Positions 41,914 through 48,094 of a DNA stretch of 48,094 bases are shown piece after piece (within the stretch, counting starts at the first letter, position 1; every line of letters starts with the position of its first letter). The translations under genes and the position numbers were made by a program. The stretch comes from Acetobacteraceae bacterium (GTDB lineage: Bacteria; Pseudomonadota; Alphaproteobacteria; Acetobacterales; Acetobacteraceae): the NCBI GenBank assembly GCA_049964515.1, contig JBMFXF010000001.1, positions 1 through 48,094 of the forward strand, given 5' to 3'. The notes below the pieces were generated by a model that searched no databases, had not been told where the DNA came from, and saw only the letters and a list, made by a program, of their open reading frames with translations.

Positions 41914-43260
41914 TCAGCCGGCCCTGGCGAGCGCGCGGGCCGGCATGGTTTCCAGCGCCTTCAGCCGGGCGAACAGGCTCGCCGCGGGAATGTCGGTGGC
42001 GCCGGCCTCCAGGCAATCGGCGAATTTGTCATAGACTTGGCTCTCCGCCAGCGGCCGGGTCGGGTGGCCGGTGGCGCGCGCCACCGGCGCTCCCTCCAGC
42101 ACCCGCCCGTCGGTGGTTTCCACCGTCACCCGGTCGGCAAAGGCCGCGCCCGGAAGCTCGGGGTCGTATTCGGTGGTGGTGACGGTGCGCACCCGCGCCA
42201 TCAGCGCCTGGATCTCCGGGCGGCGGACGAATTCGTCGGTGAGTTCGCGCAGCCCGACGCGGCGGGCGACGATGCCCGAGGCCATCGCGAACTCGATGCT
42301 GAACTTGGCCGCGAGGCCGGTGTCGGGGGCGTGGTTGCGCAGCACGGTGGCGAAATAATCGCTGATCGACACGGTGACCTGGCGCACGTCCTCGGCGTGC
42401 ACCGGACTGGCCGCCATCAGCTCCAGGATGCCGTCGATGGCACGATGGGTACAGTAGCAGGTGGGGTATTTCTTGATCCCCAGCCCCTGCGTCAGCAGCG
42501 CCCAATGCTCGCCGAGCCGCGCGTCGCTGGCACGGTCCTCGGTGCCGTCGGGCGAGACTGCGTGCAGGAACCCCTGCGGATGTTCCAGCGCGTCGGTGGC
42601 GGCGGTGAATCCGGCGCCGGCCAGCCGGGCCGCGATGATGCCGGCATGGGCGGCGCGGCCGGCGTGGAACGGTTTCGTCATGGTGCCGAAATTGGCCATC
42701 AGGCCCGCGCTTTGCGAAGCGCCGAGCGCCACCGCGATGGCCGCTTTCCCGGCATCCAGCCGGTGCAGCTTCGCCATCGCCGCCGCCGCGCCCACCGCGC
42801 CGTAGAGCCCGGTGGGGTGCCAGCCCTTCTTGTGCAGCAGCCCGGAATCGCGGCGGAACAGCTCGGCCCAGGTCTCGTAGCCGGCCACATAGGCCACCAG
42901 CATGTCGAGGCCGGAGGCATCCAGCGCCTCCGCCTCCGCCAGGATCGCCGGCACCAGCACCGTGGACGGATGCCCGCGCAGCGCGACATCGTCATAGTCC
43001 AGCGCGTGGGCGGCGACGCCGTTGATCCAGGCCGCCTCCGGCGCCGGTGCGGTGGCGGGCGAGAAGGCGATGCTGGCCGGGCCGGCGGGCGGGGCCAGGG
43101 TGGAGCGCAGGATACCCACCGCATCCTCGCCACGGCCGGCGATCATGGTGCCGATGCAGTCGATGAAGCCCAGCCGGGCCACCGCCATCGCCTCCGGCGG
43201 AATCCGGTTGGGCGAGAGGTCGGCGATGAAGCGGCCGATATCGGCGGTGAGCGCGGACAT
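41914..43260 (-). CDS. MmgE/PrpD-family protein (2-methylcitrate dehydratase-like)
   Basis: 448 aa from ATG 43260 (GGAGGA upstream). FIDCIGTMIAG, HALDYDD, HPS, and KPFHAGRAAHAGI motifs of the PrpD fold. Confidence 0.85.
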   Translation of the reverse strand: MSALTADIGRFIADLSPNRIPPEAMAVARLGFIDCIGTMIAGRGEDAVGILRSTLAPPAGPASIAFSPATAPAPEAAWINGVAAHALDYDDVALRGHPSTVLVPAILAEAEALDASGLDMLVAYVAGYETWAELFRRDSGLLHKKGWHPTGLYGAVGAAAAMAKLHRLDAGKAAIAVALGASQSAGLMANFGTMTKPFHAGRAAHAGIIAARLAGAGFTAATDALEHPQGFLHAVSPDGTEDRASDARLGEHWALLTQGLGIKKYPTCYCTHRAIDGILELMAASPVHAEDVRQVTVSISDYFATVLRNHAPDTGLAAKFSIEFAMASGIVARRVGLRELTDEFVRRPEIQALMARVRTVTTTEYDPELPGAAFADRVTVETTDGRVLEGAPVARATGHPTRPLAESQVYDKFADCLEAGATDIPAASLFARLKALETMPARALARAG

Positions 43261-43280
43261 GGTTTCCTCCTTGGCTCGTA

Positions 43281-44237
43281 TTAATGCGCGCGGGCGCGCA
43301 GCGCCTTCAGGCTGCCGCCCATCTTGACCGCGCCGGGCAGCGGATGGCCCACGATGTCCTCGGCCAGCTGCGCGACCTCGATCAGCTTGTCGAGGTCGAT
43401 CCCGGTGGCGATGCCCATCTCCTCGCACAGGAACACCAGATCCTCAGTGCAGACATTGCCGGCCGCGCCCTTGTGCGCGGCGAACGGGCAGCCGCCCAGG
43501 CCGGCCACGGTGGCGTCGTAGATGCGCACGCCCATCTCGAGCCCGGCATAGGCGTTGGCGATGCCCATGCCGCGGGTGTCGTGCAGATGCAGCGAGAGGG
43601 TGAGGTCGGGGAAGCGGTCGCGCACCTTGCCCACCAGCGCGCGCACCGATTGCGGCGTCGCCCAGGCCATGGTGTCGGCCAGCGACAGCACGCGCGGCGG
43701 GGTGCTGTGCTCGGCAGCGATGTCGAGCAGGGTGGCGATCATGTCGAGCACGCGCTGATGCGGGATCTCGCCCTCGAAATTGCAGCCGAAGGCGGCCATG
43801 ATGCCGGCCCGCTCCAGCGGGATGTTCAGCTCCTTATACATCCGCAGCGTGTCATGGGCGGCGCGGATATTGTCTTCCAGCGAGCGCTGCTGGTTGCGTT
43901 TCAGGAACGTCTCCGAGGCGGTGAGCGAGAACGATCCCTTGATGTCGAGCCGCCCGGTGGCGATGGCGCGTTTCAGCCCCTGCAGGTTGAGCCAGAGCGC
44001 GGTGTAGTCCACCCCGGGCTTGCGCGTGAACCCCGCCACCACCGCCTCGGCGTCGGCCCAGCCGGGCACGCGGGCGGGGTTCACGAACGAGGCGACCTGG
44101 ATCTGGGTGATCCCGGTTTCCGAAAGCGCGTCGATCAGTTCGATCTTGCGCGCGGTGGGGATAGGGCCCTTCTCGAACTGGAAGCCCTCGCGGGGGCCTT
44201 CCTCGTTGATCTGCACGCTGGCGGGGAGGTCGGACAT
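43281..44237 (-). CDS. HMG-CoA lyase-like (HMGL family) protein
   Basis: 318 aa. EEGPREGFQ, IQVASFVNP, LSLHLHDTRGMGIANAYAGLEMG and AGLGGCPFA are typical of the HMGL/DRE-TIM lyase family. Confidence 0.88.
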   Translation of the reverse strand: MSDLPASVQINEEGPREGFQFEKGPIPTARKIELIDALSETGITQIQVASFVNPARVPGWADAEAVVAGFTRKPGVDYTALWLNLQGLKRAIATGRLDIKGSFSLTASETFLKRNQQRSLEDNIRAAHDTLRMYKELNIPLERAGIMAAFGCNFEGEIPHQRVLDMIATLLDIAAEHSTPPRVLSLADTMAWATPQSVRALVGKVRDRFPDLTLSLHLHDTRGMGIANAYAGLEMGVRIYDATVAGLGGCPFAAHKGAAGNVCTEDLVFLCEEMGIATGIDLDKLIEVAQLAEDIVGHPLPGAVKMGGSLKALRARAH

Positions 44238-44246
44238 GGTAGGTTC

Positions 44247-45410
44247 CTATGCGGTCGCATGATCGGACGGGGAGGTGGGTTCCGCGAAGCTGATCGAGAC
44301 CAGATCGAGCATCTGACCGGAGGGAAGCGGATCGGCGATGATGACCACCTTCCGTTCGGTATCGAAGGCGGTCCAGACATCGTCATAGTGTTGCTCGCTG
44401 AAACTCACGCTTCCCAGGGTGCCGCCCGTCGCGTCGCGCAGGATGAAGGTGAGTTTGTCCTTGTCGAATTCCCGCACCTGCCCTTCCAGGGTGCGGCTGG
44501 TCCGGGCGGAGGCGAGCAGTTTCCGGGCCGCGCGGATACGCTCCGCCGCGGTCCGCGACAGACGGGTGGGCGCGCCGCCCGACGCCACCAGCACGCCGCC
44601 GATCTCCACCTCGCTCACGCTTCCGCGCAACGGGGGCGCCAGCTTCGACAGCGCCTCCACGATGCTGCTCCATTCCCCGCCAGCATCGGGCGCGGCATAC
44701 TCCGCCGCGCTGGCCCAGGCGAGACCGCGGCGCAGCAGCGCGCCAACGGCCTCCATGATGGCGTGATCGTCGAGCGCGCCCTGCCCGGCCGACTGCGGCG
44801 ACGCGAAGGTGATCGAGAAGCTGCCGAAAGCGAAGCCGGTGGCAGGCAGATCGTACAGCCTGCGGAACGCCTCCGGCGGACGCCCGCCCGCCGGGCTCTG
44901 GCTTTGCGCTTGCGCGACGAGCAGGCGCAGCGCGTCAGCGGCACCGTTCAGTGCCTGCCGGACGATGCTGGCCGGCACATGATGCCCGACCAAGGCCGGG
45001 CCGATCAGCCGCAGCCGCAGAAACGGCGGCTCGGCCGGAGAGAGATACACATCCGCGGCCGGCAGCGCGTTGGCCGGCAGCGTGGCGGGGTCGATGCGAC
45101 GGAGCGGGGAGCAGCCGCCGTCCCGCCGGCGATCGACAATCCATGCCCAGCCGGCCCGCAGCAGCGCGGTCCGCAGCGGGATGTCGTTCCGCTCGATCGC
45201 ATCGATCAAGTCGGGACCGGCGGGAACCAGCAGGAAGCGTTCGCCCGTCGCATCCTCGGCGCACTGATAGGCGAGCAGCAGAAGGCCACCCTCGGCGCGC
45301 AGGGTGAACAGGCGCGGGCCATCGTACTCGTCCAGCACGTGCACCGGCCGCAGGTGGTCAATTCGCGGCCAGGTCACCTCCTCGCCGACAAAATCCCACA
45401 TGCTACGCAT
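44247..45410 (-). CDS. Hypothetical protein (387 aa), family not recognised
   Basis: ATG 45410 (or 45401) is in frame in ORF 44247..45713. Protein-like composition from MRSMWDFVGEEVTWPRIDHLRPVHVLDEYDGPRLFTL.. onward. Overlaps the upstream 125-aa ORF by 8 nt and ends 9 nt before the HMGL-like gene. Confidence 0.65.
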   Translation of the reverse strand: MRSMWDFVGEEVTWPRIDHLRPVHVLDEYDGPRLFTLRAEGGLLLLAYQCAEDATGERFLLVPAGPDLIDAIERNDIPLRTALLRAGWAWIVDRRRDGGCSPLRRIDPATLPANALPAADVYLSPAEPPFLRLRLIGPALVGHHVPASIVRQALNGAADALRLLVAQAQSQSPAGGRPPEAFRRLYDLPATGFAFGSFSITFASPQSAGQGALDDHAIMEAVGALLRRGLAWASAAEYAAPDAGGEWSSIVEALSKLAPPLRGSVSEVEIGGVLVASGGAPTRLSRTAAERIRAARKLLASARTSRTLEGQVREFDKDKLTFILRDATGGTLGSVSFSEQHYDDVWTAFDTERKVVIIADPLPSGQMLDLVSISFAEPTSPSDHATA

Positions 45411-45780
45411 CCACGATCCGGAACAGGACATGCCGCGGCCGGCCCGGGAACGGCCACCATGTGGCGTGGCTCCGCGCCGGACGCCGCGGCGTTGGTTTGA
45501 ACCGCCCGTCGGCGGCCGACAAGTCCCCGGCGGCGATGGCGGTTCCGAGGGACGGGTATTTGGCCAGGTAGTGCCGCGCGTCACCCGGGTCGGTAAACAC
45601 GCTGAGGCCGCGAGCGTCGCACTCCCGGCCCGGCGACACCGACTTTCCGCTTTCGTGATAGCTGAGAAAATGCTCTGGCTGCGGCGGGTCGCCTCCCACC
45701 AGCCGATAAACACGGCCGGTCGGCGCCTCCGCGTCCGCCGGCGGGCAACCGTCCGGCCAGTCGGGCGGAAATGCGCTCAC
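45403..45780 (-). CDS. Hypothetical protein (125 aa), family not recognised
   Basis: ORF with plausible composition (..CPPADAEAPTGRVYRLVGGDPPQPEHFLSYHESGK..ARGLSVFTDPGDARHYLAKYP..SHATWW..). Starts 8 nt after the stop of the upstream dehydrogenase gene. Confidence 0.6.
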   Translation of the reverse strand: MSAFPPDWPDGCPPADAEAPTGRVYRLVGGDPPQPEHFLSYHESGKSVSPGRECDARGLSVFTDPGDARHYLAKYPSLGTAIAAGDLSAADGRFKPTPRRPARSHATWWPFPGRPRHVLFRIVDA

Positions 45781-45788
45781 CTGACCGC

Positions 45789-46754
45789 CTACACCCGCAC
45801 CAGATTCCCCGGCTTCCGCCCGGCCAGCACCGCGGCGATCCCGTCCAGCACCAGAAACCCCATCGCGTCCCGCGTCTCCCGCGTGGCCGAACCCAGATGC
45901 GGCAGCAGCACCACGTTCTCCAGCCCCAGATATCCCGGGTGCAGCGCCGGCTCGTTGTTATAGACATCGAGCCCCGCCGCCGCGACCTGGCCCGACCGCA
46001 GCGCGGCGATCAGCGCCGCGTCATCGACCAGCGTGCCGCGCGCCGCGTTGACCACCACCGCGCCGCGCGGCAGACGGGCAATCCGCTCGGCGTTCAGCCA
46101 GCCCCGCGTGCCCTCCCCGCCGGGGGCGTGCAGCGACAGCACGTCGCACACCGGCAGGAAGCTGGCGTCGGAGCCGTGGAACACCGCGCCCTGTTCCAGC
46201 GCCTCCGGCAGGCGCTGCTGGTCCAGGTAGTGGACGGTCATGCCGAACCCGCGCGCCATCCGCGCCAGTTCGCGGCCGATCCGGCCCAGCCCGAAAATCC
46301 CCAGCCGTCGGCCGGAGACTCCGGTGCCGATCAGCTGCGTCGGTGCCCAGCCGGTCCAGAGGCCGGCGCGCACCAGCCGCTCGCCCTCCCCGGCGCGGCG
46401 GGCGGCGGCCAGGATCAGCAGCATCGCGCATTCGGCGGTGGCGACGGAAAGCACGTCCGGCGTGTTGCAGACCGCGATGCCGCGCGCGGCGGCGGCGGCG
46501 ATGTCGATATGGTCGAAGCCCACGCTGAAGGTGCCGATCGCGCGCACGCTGGCGGGCAGGGCGGCGATCGCGGCGGCGTCCAGCTTCTCGGCCGGGCAGC
46601 AGAGGATCGCATCGGCCCCCGCGGCCAGCCGCGCCACGTCGGCGGCCGAGCGCGGCGTGTCGGCCGCGTTCAACCTTGCGTCGAAGGCCTGGGCGGCGCG
46701 CGCCTCCACGGCCTCCGGCAGGCGGCGGGTGACCAGCAGCACCGGCTTCGTCAT
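45789..46754 (-). CDS. D-isomer-specific 2-hydroxyacid dehydrogenase (glyoxylate/hydroxypyruvate reductase-like), copy 1
   Basis: 321 aa from ATG 46754 (GGAGGTGA upstream). GIFGLGRIGRELARMARGFGM NAD-binding motif, and SLHAP..T..L, VNAARG and PHLGSAT catalytic motifs. Confidence 0.88.
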   Translation of the reverse strand: MTKPVLLVTRRLPEAVEARAAQAFDARLNAADTPRSAADVARLAAGADAILCCPAEKLDAAAIAALPASVRAIGTFSVGFDHIDIAAAAARGIAVCNTPDVLSVATAECAMLLILAAARRAGEGERLVRAGLWTGWAPTQLIGTGVSGRRLGIFGLGRIGRELARMARGFGMTVHYLDQQRLPEALEQGAVFHGSDASFLPVCDVLSLHAPGGEGTRGWLNAERIARLPRGAVVVNAARGTLVDDAALIAALRSGQVAAAGLDVYNNEPALHPGYLGLENVVLLPHLGSATRETRDAMGFLVLDGIAAVLAGRKPGNLVRV

Positions 46755-46758
46755 GCGT

Positions 46759-47730
46759 TCACCTCCACAACGGGTCGATCGGTGCGCCACCGGACAGCAC
46801 CGCGGCGATGTTGTCCAGCGCCCGGAAGCCCATGGCGTTGCGCGTCTCCACGCTGCCCGAGCCGATATGCGGGGTCAGGAACACGTTGGGCAGCGCGGCG
46901 AAGCGGCGGTCGTAGCCCGGCTCGTCGCGGAACACGTCGAGCCCGGCGGCGAACAACTGCCCGGAGCTGAGGGCGGCGAGCAGCGCATCCTCATCGACCA
47001 GCCCGCCGCGGGCGGTGTTCACCAGCACCGCGCCGCGCGGCAGCAGGGCGAGGGTTTCGGTGTTGATGATGCCGGCGGTGGCCGGGGTGGAGGGCGCGTG
47101 CAGCGACAGGAACCGGCAATGCGGCAGCATCGCGCGGAACTCGGGGAACCAGGTGGCGCCCTCCTCGTCCTCGGGCGGCAGGCGGTGGCGGGCGTGATAC
47201 AGCACCCGCATGCCGAAGCCGCGGGCGCGGCGGGCCATGGCGCGGCCGATGCGGCCCATGCCCAGCAGCCCCAGCGTCTGGCCGGAGACGCGGATGCCCA
47301 GCATGTCCCCCTGGCCGATGCGGAACCCCCAGCCGGCGCGCATCAGCGCATCGTATTCATGGGCGCGGCGGGCGGCGGCCAGCAGCAGCATGAAGGCGAA
47401 ATCGGCGGTGCACGCGTCCAGCACGCCCGGCGTGTTGGTGACGATCACGCCGGCGGCGCGGGCGGCGGCGACGTCGATATGATCGAACCCGACCGAGCAG
47501 GTGGCGCCGATCCGCAACCCCGGCGGCATGGCGGCGATGAGGGCGGCATCGAAGCGCAGCGTGTTGACGAACAGGATCGCCTGCGCCGCGTGCGCCCGCG
47601 CGGCTTCGGCGGCCTCGGCGGCGGTCATGTCGTCGGCGCCGCGGTGGATCAGGGCGTCGAACTCGGCGGCGGCGCGGGCGGTGACGGCATCGGGCAGCAG
47701 CGCCGCGACCAGCAGGCGGGGTTTGGGCAT
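46759..47730 (-). CDS. D-isomer-specific 2-hydroxyacid dehydrogenase, copy 2 (tandem paralogue)
   Basis: 323 aa from ATG 47730 (alternative ATG at 47757). GLLGMGRIGRAMARRARGFGM, SLHAP, VNTARG and PHIGSGS. Collinear with copy 1 and ends 4 nt before it. Confidence 0.85.
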   Translation of the reverse strand: MPKPRLLVAALLPDAVTARAAAEFDALIHRGADDMTAAEAAEAARAHAAQAILFVNTLRFDAALIAAMPPGLRIGATCSVGFDHIDVAAARAAGVIVTNTPGVLDACTADFAFMLLLAAARRAHEYDALMRAGWGFRIGQGDMLGIRVSGQTLGLLGMGRIGRAMARRARGFGMRVLYHARHRLPPEDEEGATWFPEFRAMLPHCRFLSLHAPSTPATAGIINTETLALLPRGAVLVNTARGGLVDEDALLAALSSGQLFAAGLDVFRDEPGYDRRFAALPNVFLTPHIGSGSVETRNAMGFRALDNIAAVLSGGAPIDPLWR

Positions 47731-47795
47731 GGGGCTCGGCTGGATCAGGCGGGACATGGTGGCGTGACGCCGGCCTGGGCGCAAACCGGGCGGGT

Positions 47796-47824
47796 TTGCG
47801 TCGCGGCGGGGGCGCCGCTATAGG
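47796..47824 (+). promoter_or_regulatory. Candidate sigma70-type promoter for tRNA-Asn
   Basis: TTGCGT (47796-47801), a 17-nt spacer, then TATAGG (47819-47824). This places a start about 8 nt before the mature tRNA 5' end. Pattern match only. Confidence 0.35.
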
Positions 47825-47838
47825 AGGCGCCGCCCTGG

Positions 47839-47914
47839 TCCCGGATAGCTCAGTTGGTAGAGCAAGCGGCTGTTAACCGCTGGGTCGTAGGTTCGAGTCC
47901 TACTCCGGGAGCCA
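47839..47914 (+). tRNA. tRNA-Asn (anticodon GTT)
   Basis: A hand-folded perfect cloverleaf. Acceptor TCCCGGA/TCCGGGA, D-arm GCTC-AGTTGGTA-GAGC, anticodon arm AGCGG-CTGTTAA-CCGCT, variable loop GGGTC, T-arm GTAGG-TTCGAGT-CCTAC, discriminator G and encoded CCA. 76 nt. Confidence 0.93.
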
Positions 47915-48094
47915 GTGATTTCAACTACTTAGCGGCTGCGGCGACCACCCGGCCAGCCCGAGAAATTTCCCGGGGCAACGTTCGGGGCAACGGAACGCGC
48001 TGCTCGGCCGCCGGTCCGCCCTACTCCCGGGGGTGCCCCTGAGGGGCCGCGCCGCTTCGGTCCCCCATCGAACCGCTTGCAAAGCGTCCCCCAC

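Noticed and set aside
48021-48033. cctactcccgggg, about 110 nt downstream of tRNA-Asn, resembles the tRNA 3' end (cctactccggga). It was considered as an att-like duplicate marking an integrated island.
   Set aside because: It is only about 12 nt with an indel. No integrase or other mobile gene is visible in the remaining 180 nt of the window. It cannot be evaluated without downstream sequence.

Overview
This is 48 kb of very GC-rich chromosomal DNA. Hand counts of single 60-nt lines range from about 55 % to over 80 % GC. The source is most likely an alphaproteobacterium, because it has an alpha-type LexA and a GTTC-N7-GTTC SOS box. Acetobacteraceae or Rhodospirillales is only a guess.

Gene content, left to right:
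- accC 3' end and secD-secF.
- An unusual trio: a 1345-aa helical-repeat ORF, a convergent 236-aa ORF, and a divergent TssB-TssC' fusion (sheath-like) gene.
- About 18 kb of ordinary genes: two MFS transporters, rlmB-like, an FAH-family hydratase, a PTP phosphatase, an unknown, an NMT1-like binding protein, dapB, Rieske ferredoxin, cupin, lexA, glpK, a 1361-aa beta-helix PEP-CTERM protein, a family III CoA-transferase and an enoyl-CoA hydratase.
- A reduced type VI secretion locus, tssJ-tssK-tssL-tssM-vgrG-tssC-hcp, facing tagF-pppA-orf402.
- A tightly packed minus-strand run: MmgE/PrpD-family, HMG-CoA-lyase-like, two unknown overlapping ORFs and two tandem 2-hydroxyacid dehydrogenases.
- tRNA-Asn(GTT).

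I saw no rRNA, CRISPR array, transposase or integrase.

The most interesting signal is the T6SS. The main operon has no tssB, tssA, tssE, tssF, tssG or clpV in the window. The only TssB-like sequence is the N-terminus of an orphan TssB-TssC' fusion about 27 kb from tssC. That fusion has lost the TssC C-terminal domain and gained an acidic tail with a duplicated DLDALLASL motif. It sits beside a giant unrecognisable repeat protein. That giant gene is bracketed by a full copy and a 3' remnant of the same small gene.

All homology statements come from reading the translations by eye. No database search was run.
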